Assembly: GCF_006345805.1 (NCBI RefSeq)
Contig: NC_042998.1
Location: forward strand, 52,266,001 to 52,330,000
DNA length: 64,000 bases
Direction of reading: 5' to 3'
Source: Octopus sinensis
Taxonomy: Eukaryota
Shown: positions 11,949-24,774 of the stretch, one piece after another
Layout: each line of letters starts with the position of its first letter
How positions within the stretch are numbered: position 1 is the first letter of the stretch
Notes under the pieces: generated by a model
Databases searched by the model: none
What the model was told of the DNA's origin: nothing
What the model saw: only the letters and a program-made list of their open reading frames with translations
Position numbers and translations under genes: made by a program

Positions 11949-13099
11949 TATATATATATGTACATGTGTATATATGTTTGTGTGTCTGTGTTTGTCCCCC
12001 CAACATCGCTTGACAACCTATGCTGGTGTGTTTACATCCCCGTAACTTAGCAGTTTGGCAAAAAAAATGATAGAATAAGTACTAGGCTTACAAAGAATAA
12101 GTCCTGGGGTTAATTTGCTGGACTAAAGGCGGTGCTCCAGCATGGCCACAGTCAAATGATGAAACAAGTAAAAGAGTAAAATAGTAAAAGAGATCCAAAA
12201 TGTGCTTTTGCTTTCGCTAACTGTTTATATATGAACTTGTTACTCTGTTTTCTGCTAATTAGTTCAATAAAAAAAAACGAAGATCTATTATCTGTGCAGT
12301 GAAGAGTGAACACATGATGTTGAAGAACCATGAAGGAAGAAAGATTCAATGGTTTAGCACCAGTAAATATTCATCAAAATGACCAGAGAGTTCACACCCT
12401 TTCAAGCCAATAATGAAGAGAATATTCTACACAGATTTGATTCTAAATGTAAAACTTCCTAAGATATTTGCAAATCAAGGATATTCTTATTATGTAGTGT
12501 TTATATTTTAAATTATCTTTAATTGCATTTTAGCAAGTTTTTTAAACATTTGAAAATGGTATCCTTTGAAGTTTTGCCTTGGCTAACTTCTGAAGCTGGC
12601 TTTAAGTTTCAGTTATTTCTGAAAATAATTAACGAACCTGGAGAAAGTTTGTTTAAATAACTAATTTTTTGGTTATCAAGCCGGAAAATTACTTATCAAG
12701 AGGCTCTTAAATTAAATTAAGTCAGAACGTTTTAATTGAAGTATGAACATTTTATAATAGGGATTTTTAGTGTAACAGAACAAGTGGCAACTTCAGGCAA
12801 GTTTGTATCAAATGGATTATGTAACTATATATTTATGGGCAATGTTGTCAAATATGAACTCATTGAACATCTGTGACGTCTGCTACAAAATAGAAGGTAC
12901 TTTTACAAGCAAAATGTCATTTTGCATAAGTAACTGCTATGATCAATCAAACTGAGTTAATTGCTAGTTATAAGCATAAAATACAATACCTTATAATTTT
13001 TGTAGCTATGTGTGGGAAGGAGGGGAAAAGGGAGAGAAAGAATTATAGTAGAAGGGAAGGGGAGAACTGAAGAAAAAGAGAGGATGAGTGCACTCTTAT

Positions 13100-13870
13100 T
13101 GGAGTGATCCAACATCTCAGTCTCCATGGGTGTGAGCTGCAGAAATGTCATTACGGAGTGGTAGTCAATGAATTCAACCTGCATCAATTATCCAGCAACC
13201 AATGCACAGGCTGATTTCCTTGGCACACCACTCTGAATGACATAATTAGAAGGGGCCTTGATGTAGCTGGCTTCCCATTTCAACTGGAGCCAATAGGTCA
13301 TGACTGTGGAGTGCTGTTCAAGAATTTGGACCTGGAGATCTCCATTTCCAGTGACTTCAAGGGCCACCTCCCAGTGGTGTCGGGCGTCAACGAAGAGCCC
13401 TCGACTGCAACAAGACGACCTTTTTTTTTCCAAGGTCTGGGGTCTCCCGCCCTTAAGCCCTAGACCATCCCCTAATCATCCTTACCCGCCTTGTTGCTTA
13501 ACAACAACAACAATGACTGTGAAGGTTGTTAAATACCCCAATGGAACAACCTTCTCGTTTGAGGGAAGCAGATCCCTAGATGTGACATGCAGTGACACAT
13601 CCTTTGGTTCCAATCTTGCTGCATCTGCTTCAAGCTTGGGTGTTGTCACCTGTAATGCAAAAAATAAAAAAAATAAATGCAGAGGCCTGACTGGCTGCTA
13701 TCAGTTTGTGCTAGTGGCCATCAAGACCTCAGGTGTTCTTGGACCCTACACTACTGATTTCCTCCATGAAATCGGGATAACAACAGCCCACCTGAGAAAT
13801 GAGACTCATGAAATGGAGTGGCAGCTGTCGTGAATGTCGTTGGCCATTCTCCATGTCAATACCATTGCAA
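13100..13870 (+). mobile_element. CRE-clade-like non-LTR retrotransposon relic (zinc knuckle plus restriction-like endonuclease)
   Basis: HTTLNDIIRRGLDVAGFPFQLEPIG, then KYPNGTTFSFEGSRSLDVTCSDT and YQFVLVAIKTSGVLGP...FLHEIG; interrupted by a 204-bp insertion. Confidence 0.75.
13309..13512 (+). mobile_element. Short retroposed insertion with (ACA)n tail and 9-bp TSD
   Basis: ATGACTGTG at 13300-13308 and 13513-13521; 3' end ttgcttaacaacaacaaca. Confidence 0.75.
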
Positions 13871-14139
13871 TCATGACGGTGGGGCATGGCTGAGCACATC
13901 ATTGCCTGCCATCTTCTTCCCACCATCTTCTTCTGCTTAACATCTCATTTTTTCCTTTTCTTTTTCTGCATATTGAACAGGGCCATTTGCCAGCTGGAAT
14001 GAGAATCTTATCTCCTTTCTTGCTAATAGAAAATTTAGTCTTAGCTAAATAACACCAACATTTCATTTTAACAGATATATTCACCAAAGTTACATTAAAA
14101 TATCTTGAAATGCTAAAGAGTAAATTTATTCAATAAAAT

Positions 14140-14785
14140 CACAATTGGCTTCAACCACAGCCTCCAGACAACTTCAGAATCCCCTGCAGCTCTTCTGGAT
14201 GATCTCTTTGTCTAAGTTGGTGAATGCTACCATAATCCTTGCCTTTAGTTCATCTTTGGTGTTACAAGGAATTTTGTTGATCTCTTGCTCAACTGCACCC
14301 TACACATAATGGTCAAAGGGGTTGCAGTCTGGGGAGTTAGGTGGCCAAATGTTAGGGTTGATGTGGTCGTAGAAATTGTCTGACAGCCATGACTGGGTTC
14401 TCCTGCTTGTGTGGCATGGTGCAGAGTCCTGTTGCTAGACATAAGGTTTTTCAATGGCCACTCTCTTGGCCTAGAGCAGCACTACTTCCTCCAGGCACTT
14501 GATGTAAGCCTCCGTGTTGAGTCTGAGGCCGGGTGGGAAGATGAATGGATGCATAACGTTGTCATCACTAGTGATCACTCCAAACATGATGATGTTGGCT
14601 GGAGGTTTGATTTTTATCCCTTTCAGAACACGTTTTGGAGACATAGCAAACCAATGGTTGTTCGGTGTGTTCACCATCTGATCCTGGCTGAAATTTTTTT
14701 TGTCTGAGAAAAACCAAAGCATGTTCAGTTGGAAGGGATGCTTTAGTTTGTTGAAAAGCTTTGTGGTATGGTCTTTCCTCTTGTC
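14140..14785 (-). mobile_element. Tc1/mariner DD37D (maT-like) transposase pseudogene
   Basis: PYV*QQDSAPCHTSRRTQSWLSDNFYDHINPNIWPPNSPDCNPFD gives 37 residues between the 2nd and 3rd catalytic D; stops and frameshifts present. Confidence 0.88.
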
Positions 14786-15013
14786 GGTGAGCTGGCAGAA
14801 ACGTTAGCACGTCGGGCGAAATGCTTAGCGGTATTTCGTCTGCCGTTACGTTGTGAGTTCAAATTCCGCCGAGGTCGACTTTACCTTTCATCCTTTCGGG
14901 GTTGATAAATTAAGCACCAGTTACGCACTGGGGTCGATGTAATCGACTTAATACCTATGTCTGTCCTTGTTTGTCCCTTCTATGTTTAGCCCCTTGTGGG
15001 TAATAAAGAAATG
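14786..15013 (+). mobile_element. Young SINE family B monomer with 21-bp TSD
   Basis: GGTATGGTCTTTCCTCTTGTC at 14765-14785 and 15014-15034; CpGs intact. Confidence 0.92.
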
Positions 15014-15494
15014 GGTATGGTCTTTCCTCTTGTCTTTAATCTTTGGATATTTTTAAATATGCTAAGCCACTGGTTTTAATTGATTAATATCAATTTCTAC
15101 CCTTATTATTTAATTATATATATATGTATGTATATATGCATGTGCCTTTGTTGTCCACCTCCACCACCACAGGGTTTTAAAAAATAACTCCTTGGGTCAA
15201 TTCATTCAGCAAAATATTCTTCAAGGCAATGCTCCAGCATGGCCACAGTCTAATGACTGAAACAAGATAAAAAATAAAAGTAGATGTTATCCAATGATGT
15301 AGTTAGTGCATTTATCCCATTTTGGTCAATAAAACAATGTGAGGGTGGTGTTGATTCAATTGACTTCACTCCCTTGCTGCTTTTGAATTAGTAGTTATGT
15401 ACCAATGTTAGAAATCAACATTTCCTCTTCGGATATATTGACAATTAGATTTAAATGAAATGTGCTTGCATGGTTCTATCCTGTTTCAGCTAAT

Positions 15495-15970
15495 CCACCA
15501 CCACCACCACCACCACCACCACACCACCACTGTAATCATTAACACCACCATAATCATCACCACAACAATAACCACCACCACCACCACCACCACAACCACT
15601 ACAATGACAACTACTACTACCACCTCAACCACAACCATAACTACCACTGTCACAACCACCAACAGAACCATAGCCACCACTGCCACAACCATCACCACAA
15701 CTGTAACCACCACCACCACCACAACCATTAGCATTACCACAACCACCTCTACTACTACTACCATCACCAGTGTAATCACTACAACTACCATTATAACCAT
15801 CATCACTGCCACCACAACCACTACAATGACAAACACTACTAGCACCTCAACCACAACCATAACCATCACTGCCACAAGCACAACCACAACCATCACCACC
15901 ACTGCTACGACCATTACCACAACCGTAACCACCACCACCAAAACCACCACTATTATAACTACTAACACCC
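15495..15970. repeat. Cryptic (ACC/ACA/ACT)n trinucleotide repeat
   Basis: Mixed trinucleotide tract with internal duplications; gives spurious poly-Thr/poly-Val ORFs. Confidence 0.9.
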
Positions 15971-16093
15971 ACTTATGAGCATTCATATAAAAATTCAATT
16001 TAAAATTTCAAGTGAAAACAATAAGAAAGAAATTCTTAAATTGCAGTTCATGGCTTTTTGTCATCATCATCCTCATCATCATTATTATTATTG

Positions 16094-16157
<64 letters not shown>

Positions 16158-16650
16158 ATTATTTTTGCGTCTACTTATCTTTCTCAAAATGCTTAAATCT
16201 CAACATGTTCACAAGAAAATACCATTTATTTGGAACTGTTATCAAAATATTCTTGGGGAAAAAGTTCTTGACAATTTAATCAGATTTGGCACATAATCAA
16301 TTATTGCAGAAGATCTGACAAATCTAATAAAATATTGTATTTGCTGAACCAGACAAATGATTATCTTGACAAAAGTTCACATATCCATACTTTTGTCAAT
16401 CGAAAATGTACTTTGTTGAAGGATAAAAATAAAAATAAAAATGAATAAACTAAAATAAAAAAAAAGACAAAATATCCACAAAAAATGCTGTAATTGTTTA
16501 GTAGAAATAGATCTAAAATGTTTTAGTTTACTGCTTTTTTGGATTCAAAGGATAATCGTTTCTTGGTTTCCTTTGTTTTGGAGAGAAAAGAAATAGGTTA
16601 CTAGCTACAAGATTTACTGGGAATTGCCCGTTGATTAGCACCATCGCCAA

Positions 16651-16697
<47 letters not shown>

Positions 16698-16839
16698 CTG
16701 ATGTTGTAATCGTAATCATCATCAACACCATCGTCATCATCATCATCATCATCATCATCATTTATTGTTATCATCATTGTCATCCCTCTTGTCATCATCG
16801 CTGTCATTGTCTTCATCATCATTATCATCATTTACTCTT

Positions 16840-17248
16840 TACCCTTCACTCTTTTACTTGTTTCCGGCATTTGACTGCGGCCATGCTGCAGCACCGCATT
16901 TAGTCGAGCAAATCGACTCCAGGACTTATTTTTTGTAAGCCTAGTACTCATTCTATCAGTCCCTTATACCGAACCGCTAAGTTACAGGGAAGTAAACACA
17001 CCAACATCGGTTGTCAAGTTATGTTGGGAGGACAAACACAGATACACAAACATATACACACATATACACATACATATATATATATGTATATACATATATA
17101 CGATGGTCTTCTTTCAGTTTCTGTCTACCAAATCCACTCACAAGGCTTTGCACGGCCCGAAGCAATAGTAGAAGACACTTGCTAAAGATACCATGCAGTG
17201 GGACTCAACTCGGAACCATGTGGTTGGTAAGCAAGCCACTCCTGCGCC
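16840..17248 (-). mobile_element. Full-length SINE family A
   Basis: Reverse complement from ctcttttacttgtttc to ggtaagcaagccactcctgcgcc. Confidence 0.88.
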
Positions 17249-17259
17249 TACTTTACATC

Positions 17260-17752
17260 ATCATTGTTAATCATCATCATCATCATCATCATCATCAGTA
17301 CTGCTACCCCCACTGTCACCACCATTGCTACCACTGCTGCTGTCTCTATTACCCCCACCCTTGCCACTGCTGCTGCTGTTACTGCTGCCAGTGCTCTTGC
17401 TCTCATTGTCACCGTCACATCATCATCATCAATGTCATCATTACCACCACCATTTCAACCACCGCTCACCATCTACCAGCATCACTACCACCAATTATCA
17501 TCCACTACTACCACCATTATCATCATCATCATCATCAGCATCGTCAATGCCACCACCATCACTACCACTGCCTTCATCATCATCATCATCATCAGTGACA
17601 TCATCATCATCATCACCACTGTGATCATCCTCAGTGCCACCACAATCACCTTCATCATCAATACCACTACTATCACCACCACTGTAACTAGAACCACCAC
17701 CAACACTACCATATCACCACCAACACTAGCATCACTACCATCACTGCCACTG

Positions 17753-17787
<35 letters not shown>

Positions 17788-17895
17788 GCCATCGTCATTG
17801 TCATCATCATCATCATTATCATCATCGACATCGTCAATGTCATCATTATCAATGCCACTGCTGTTGCTACCATGACCACTACCACCATGACTACC
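17260..17895. repeat. Complex (CAT/CAC/CTG)n low-complexity tract
   Basis: Trinucleotide mosaic. Confidence 0.9.
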
Positions 17896-18074
17896 CTCAT
17901 TTTTCTTGCTTACTGTTATTTACCTTTTGTGTAAGAAATGTAAAAGATGAGGTTTTTATAATCAAATACAGATTCATTTAATTTCACTTCAAATAAATCT
18001 ATTTCTATTAATCTTTGTGATAACTCTTTTAAATATAAGGTCAATAAGATACTATTTTTAAGATTTTTAACTAG

Positions 18075-18228
18075 GCACAACTGTGGCTGTGTGGTAAGAA
18101 GTTTGCATCTCAGCCACATGGTTCCAGGTTCAGTCCCACTGCATGGCACCTTGGGTACATGTCTTTCTACTATAGCCTTAGACTGACCAAAGCCTTGTAA
18201 ATAAATTTGGTTGATGGAAACTGAAACA
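18075..18228 (+). mobile_element. SINE family A, 5' half
   Basis: gtggctgtgtggtaagaagtttgc...ggttcagtcccactgc...ggaaactgaaa. Confidence 0.8.
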
Positions 18229-18329
18229 TCACCAGTGGTATCTCTGGGATTTCTGTTGGTTTGGGGTCTTTCAATATCAGACCCCACTTGCACAGCTGAC
18301 CCAATTAGAGGGAGCAAGTCCTGGCTTGC

Positions 18330-18740
18330 ATCCCAAAAGCAGCAAACCACTGGTCTGCCCTCTTTATCCAAAGCCCTTTTGTGGCCTTCTCTGCACTTTC
18401 AGTAATGGAATTTATAGCCTTTTCCTTTGCTGTACCAGTAACTCCAAGTCCAGTCAGTAGTTTGCAGAATGAATGCCCCGCAAAACCTCAACACTCCACT
18501 ACTATTATCGAGCAACATGCCTTCCACCCCTGGTTTCTGCACTGCTCTACCAGTTCCTCGCATTTAACAACGTTAACAGTAGAAAGAAGTACAGGTTCTG
18601 CTTGGCTGGAAAAAGAATCATACTAAAGAACTCTTTCTGTCCATGTATCTACTTTAAATGAAAAAGCAAGGTTTTCTGCTCCAACCCTTATGAAGACAGA
18701 TTTGTCCTAGCAAACTGACTGAAAACACTATGACTATAAA
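18330..18740 (-). mobile_element. HERO-like non-LTR retrotransposon relic, REL endonuclease C-terminus
   Basis: Minus-strand KCEELVEQCRNQGWKACCSIIVV-EC*GFAGHSFCKLLTGLGVTG..KAI..ESAEKATKGLWIKR resembles the recalled HERO consensus (KYEELV.QC...GW....VEVGCRGF...AE.AS.WLWIKR). Confidence 0.7.
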
Positions 18741-18982
18741 CATTAGAGCACTACCACTGTTCCCCAACCCTATCACTGAAATCTGAACAATTAATACAAG
18801 ACTTGCCACACTCAACTGTGAGGTATATATACATGTAGACACACTATCCATGTACACAACAACACAATGTTAAAATTAGTCCTGTCCCAACTTTCCCATC
18901 TCCACTTCACACCACTTTGCATCTTATCCACTGTAAACGAACCTTACCCTGGGCCTGCCCAACAAGTAAATATTCCCCATAC

Positions 18983-19385
18983 CACGTGCCTGTGTGGTAA
19001 GAAGTTTGCTTCTCAACTACAAGGTTCTGGGTTCAGTCCCACTGTATGACACCTCGGGGAAGTGCTTTCTATTATAGCCTCAGGTAGGCCAAAATCTTGT
19101 GAGTGGATTTGGTAGACAGAAATTGAAAGAAACTCATCTTATATGTGTAAGTGTGTTTGTGTGTGTTTGTCCCCAACTTCTGCTTGGTAACTGGTTTTGG
19201 TGTGTTTATGTCCCCATAACATAACAGTTCAGCAAACAAGACTAGTAGAATAACTACCAGGTTATGGGGTTGATTTTTTCGACTACCAATACTGGAGTTG
19301 ATTCATTCGACTAAATTTCTTCAAGGTGGTACATCAGCATGGCCGTAGTCTAATGACTGAAACAAGTAAAAGATTAAAAGATTGT
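18983..19385 (+). mobile_element. SINE family A (diverged)
   Basis: Head tgtgtggtaagaagtttgc; tail cagcatggccgtagtctaatgactgaaacaagtaaaaga. Confidence 0.8.
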
Positions 19386-19699
19386 ACCATGGAGATAATT
19401 TTTACTCCCAAGTCAAGAGGCATAATTCGAATGAGCTAAAAAAATTTTTTCTTCCTGTATTTTGACCTGAACGTTTTCATTCTAGTTTTTACAATTGCTG
19501 TAAAACCAGTAGACTCTTGACAAGAGTCAAAAACTCAAAACATTGATGTCTGAGATTCCGACACTGATCGGACTGGGTGTTTTCACACCTTTTAATTATA
19601 AGAGAAATATTTTCTCCATGGTAACTGCAGTGTATTTGCTTTTAGTAGTTGAAATATGTGACAAACATGTTTCAGCTAACCTAAATATATCATGGCGAT

Positions 19700-20005
19700 G
19701 ATTATCATCATCGCTTAACGTCCGCTTTCCATGCTGGAATGGGCTGGACGGTTTGACTGAGGACTTATGAGCCAGATGGCTGCACCAGGCTCCAATCTGA
19801 TCTGGCAGAGATTCTACAGCTGGATGTCCTTCCCAACACCAACCACTCCGAGAGTGTAGTGGGTGCATTTGCATGCCACCAGCATGAGGGCCAGCCAGCA
19901 GTACTGATGATGGCCATGCTCAAATGGTGTTTTTATATGCCACCTGCACAGGAGCCAGTCCAGCAGCACTGGCAACGACCTCACTCGAATGTTGCTTTTC
20001 ATGTG
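19700..20005 (-). mobile_element. RTE 3' tail fragment
   Basis: ttaacgtccgctttccatgctgg...ccaaccactccgagagtgtagtgggtgc plus degraded 67-bp units. Confidence 0.8.
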
Positions 20006-20266
20006 CCTATATATATATATATATTGTATGTCTCGTTTCTTTGTTTGTTTTTTTCGTTGTTCGAAAAAAGTTTGTCTCTATGTTTTTGTTTTTATGTTTT
20101 CGGTTCTCATTGTGTTCAATGTTTTTTTTATGTGCTGTACCCATATATGCATGTATATATACATATATATGTAGGTATGTACATATACGTATGTATATAT
20201 GCACACACACACACACACACGTATATATATATATATATATATAAACATATACATACATATATATAC

Positions 20267-20324
<58 letters not shown>

Positions 20325-21769
20325 TAATGGGTTTCTGTACTTTCTCACTTTCTCTGCCAAAATTCCATTGATAACAGAATGATAAAAACACCTACCCAGT
20401 ATGTTATACATTGAGAATAAACTTGGAACCACATGATTACACGATTGGGAAATACACTTCTAAATAACACACACTATTTCTAATTACATTTTGACAAAAA
20501 AAATATAATAATATTTTTCATAATAGAACATTCTGTTATGTGACCTTATATTATATTTTATTCAATGCAGCCTTCAAATATATAGAGATTCCTTTTTCTT
20601 GAAGGACCTTAGCAGTTTTCTTTTACTGATATAAAGTTTCCATATGATATACGTAAGAACATCATATGTTTGAGTCCTGATTCAGAATTATTGATTATTT
20701 TTTATCTTTGTTATTTTATTTATTTTTCATATTGAAAGCTTTCTCTCTCTCTCTCTCTCTTCAAGATTTTTAAGGAATACAGTGAATTGAATATGTCTGA
20801 GAGGACAATAGTTGTTAAATATAGTAATAGTTGAATGCTACAATTTCATCTAATCTCTCAACACATTTTTTCTATTCTTTCAGTCTTTCCATATATTTCT
20901 AACCAGTTTTGTATCACCAAAATTATAACATGCAGTGGATCTAATATTGCCTCAGTTAAAGTATGTTGAATTAATTATTATTATTCGTTTGTTCATTTTC
21001 ATGCTAGTATTTGTTTCCCTATGCTAGATGCTAGTATAAGCTAGATGCAAAGGAAGGATGCACAAAGAAATTATGTGCATGCATTCATGTATTTATTTCT
21101 GAATGTCTTGGTATTGACAAGTAGCAATAATGTGTGTGTATGTCCTGAAGCTCAACTGTTCAACATGTGAAAAGTCGTGAAATATAATAAATAAAATACC
21201 TTTAACAATAAGATGAATAGAATGAATGGAAAGTTACTTGACTGAAAAGAGTAGTTGTTCACTTTTGATTCACCATACGTTTATTGTGAAAAACTTGTAT
21301 TGGACATGATGATCCAATGAAAAACATGAGCAATATCAGAAAGTTCTGTTCATAGTAATAATATGTGTGTTCTCTGGAAATCAAGAATATTACTGCAAAA
21401 GCAGGGAACATGCTAGTGTTAGGACTGACAGCACTTTTAAATTTTTACTCACTCATTCCAGAACAAATCTGATTGGTCAGATATGTGGTGATGTCATCAT
21501 TTGAAAATCCATCAGTTGTTGATGCATAATTTTATTAGATAAATTTTTGCTGACATCATAACTCAATCTACCAAAAGTCCAGTTGTTGTTTGCAAAACAT
21601 TTTCTAATTGAAAAAAAAAATTCAACTCCAGGGTTTGAACTAATATGTAGACTTGTTGCATACTTTAGTTGAAAACAAGGAGAAGTTGGAATCAAGAAGA
21701 GCATTTGGTCATGCAATATTGCTTCAAAAAGTCTTATCCAACGTTTGCTTGTATGAAAACATTGGATGT

Positions 21770-21857
21770 AAAAATGATGATGATGACAATGACGATGATG
21801 ATGATGATGATGATGACAGTGATGATTAGAATGATGATGATGACAGTGATGATTAGA

Positions 21858-21896
<39 letters not shown>

Positions 21897-22018
21897 CTAA
21901 TGACGATGATAGTGATGATGATGATGATGATGATGACAGTGATGATTAGAATGATGATGATGGTGATGTTACTGACGATGATGATGACGATGATTAGAAT
22001 GATGATGATGATGATGAC

Positions 22019-22063
<45 letters not shown>

Positions 22064-22250
22064 GATGATGATGACAGTAATGATTAGAATGATGATGATG
22101 GTGATGCTAATGACGATGATGATGATGATTAGAATGATGATGTCAATGATGATAACAACAACGACATTGACGACAATGACAATGATGACGATGATGACAG
22201 CAACAATGATGACGACGACAACAATGGTAGTGATGTCAGTAGCGATGAAG
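21770..22250. repeat. (GAT)n microsatellite with higher-order gacagtgatgattagaat motif
   Basis: The interruption gattagaat recurs about six times within the (GAT)n tract. Confidence 0.9.
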
Positions 22251-24499
22251 GCAATAAATGGCGACTGTGTTTCTGTATGATTTTGTATGCCAAGCAAATT
22301 CTGACAATGGCCACAACAAAAGAAAGGCACGGTGGATTCAGTCAAAGTGCAATAACCAGTGTTCTACTGCAAGAGTTATTGCTGCCATGCAAACACTGCA
22401 CAATATCTTCGGAAGAGAGTGGGGCAGGAGCTATAGTGATTATTGATGCAACTGCTGCTGTTTTCGTGCATCTGCTCGCCTGGACTGAGTAGGAAGAATG
22501 AATAACGTTCATTAGATGATGTTTGTTACAATTAGTATGTTATCATTGGCTCTAACTTAAGAATAAACTAGGTTACATATATAAGAAAGATTTACTATTT
22601 TTATTAAATCATTTAAGTAAACAGCTCATAGTCACTATCCAGAGGCTGTTTATATCTTTCGTTTGCTTTTGTCCATTTATTTCATTTAAAATTCTGATTT
22701 CCTTTTCAATCTGCCAGAGACTTTAAAAAAAATTTTGTTTCCATATTGATTGTTTCTGCGATTATTGCTTCTAATTAATTATCTATCTAATTGTGTATGA
22801 TTGAAATAATCTCATTTATCCTCTTCAAAATATGCTGCACCATACTGGTTTCTTTATTGAAATAACATGATAATTAAGAGATACTTAACTATCATTTAAA
22901 TAAAGCTGTCTTCATCATCATCATCATCATCATCGTCGTCGTCGTAGTCGTCGTCGTCGTCATCATTATCATCATCATCATCATCATCAATACTGCTACT
23001 GCTGCTACTTGTAATAATAGTAATAATGATTTCTTTTATAGGCACAAGGCCAATAAGTACCAGTGAACAACTGGAGATCAGCATAATTTCAGCTGTTCTC
23101 TTTCTTCTCCAAAATTTCTGGTCTTGTGTCTCTATAAGAAATCATTTTCCAAGTTGAAGATGTTTGAAGAACATTTTGAGTATTCACCAAGACAAACAAT
23201 ACCAGACTTTCAGATTACTTAACACTTAAAACAAGGTAGATGGCTTTCCCCAGTCTTTTGCAAGCTAACATGTCATAGTTAGGTGTGGGATGATTAAATG
23301 CATGTGGTCTGGGTTAGTGTGGAAGCAGGGGGCATCTGTTTAACTGATATTAGTTCATTGAGTTCAGTTGTGGTGACTACTATTGAGGCCAGAATTTCTG
23401 AGCTCTATTCATTCATTCTCTCTCTGGTCAATCCAAGATTTTCTGTTGCTTTTGGTTAGCGTTGATCAAGTGGTGTGATTGTGGTGTTTTGGAAAGGCAT
23501 GGACTGAGAAGAGATAAAATATGATATTCCTAAACATGGATTGAAAGTTAGTGGTCCTAGACATGAGCAGCAGTTGAGGTGGTAATACTTTTAGAGTGGA
23601 GCTATTTATGCCCTAACAGGAACTGGAAGCTCAGATTTCTCTAGTGATGTACAGGCTAGTTTTGGAGCATCTCAGTCATTTATATTAGAGGGTGACTGGA
23701 ATATTATCTTAGACACATGCACAGATTGTGTTAGAGTAACTGATAAGAGAACAAGTGTAAGTGTTCTGTAAATCTTCTCAAGTTTTTCCAGTTCATTGAC
23801 AGATATTGTCTGGATTTCTGGACTACAAGGATGTGAATCCAGATAAACTGTAATGGGTAATCCAGGTCATACTGAAGCATAGTTTTCATTAAGTTAATTG
23901 ATAAGGAATAATGTAAGTTGTCCATTGCTTAAGAATTAGCTTCACAGAACATAAATTCATAGTGTATAGCCAACTGAGATAAAATAAAAAAAAAAAACAG
24001 GGTCCTTTGTATTAGAAACTGAATGCGTCTTTCCCAAAGTGCAAAGATTTCAGGGTTCAGAAAATTAATTAGGCAAGGATTGAGGGTCACAATTATTAAT
24101 AACAGTTTGTGTGTCCTACTAAAAATGAAAACAGGAGCAGAATCTATGCATTTTAGTAAAGCTGTAGCAACAGAAACTAAAAAATTAGAGAAGGGATCAG
24201 TCAATTAAAACTGAACAGAAAAGGTATTATTTACTACATGATTCTGACGTGAAAGATATTTGATTACTATCTCAACACAAAATACAAAGGGGGCATTATT
24301 TATTCTAGGGTACAGGCTCTGAAAAATGAAGGTGCCATCACCATTAGATGGGATTGTGTAGTAGAGATGTTGTGTGGCTGCAAATCTATAATTCAGTCTT
24401 TGGCAGACTGCAGCAGGCTGACACTATCCAATTCCAAGAAGATGTGTATGGTTTTCAGTGGCACTTTGCAAAACTTTGTGAGGAATGATAGACTAGAAA

Positions 24500-24745
24500 T
24501 GGTGGACTTCAGTGCCTAAGTAGACATTCTGCTGGAATTGTCAGCCAAAGATTCAGAATTCTATGAAACACCTATTGCAGTTGATGAAACAGCAAACATG
24601 TTGATCAATTCAGCAGTGAGCAAATTGTTGGGGCTGGATGGTCTGTCCAATAATTGTTATTATTACATACCAAATGTGTTTTTTACTCTCATGAAGCAGC
24701 TATTGGAAAACTGTTGCTATTGGAAAACTGGGAATGTTCCAAGTC
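24500..24745 (+). mobile_element. Possible Tx1/L1-type LINE fragment
   Basis: KLLGLDGLSNNCYYYIPNVF resembles the K(S/A)PG.DG...EFY motif upstream of LINE RT domains; weak. Confidence 0.35.
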
Positions 24746-24774
24746 TTGTTAGTTTATGTATTTATTAATTGTCT

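Larger units (their letters stand above)
11175..12190 (+). mobile_element. SINE family A split by nested insertions in its internal (TA)n tract
   Basis: 5' part ~11175-11290 (gtggcaccttgggg...gaaactgaaagaagc) and 3' part ~11965-12190 (gtgtctgtgtttgtccccc...gaaacaagtaaaagag). Confidence 0.8.

Noticed and set aside
15460-15998. Mucin-like Thr-rich ORF
   Set aside because: Cryptic trinucleotide repeat open on both strands, with no flanking exon signals
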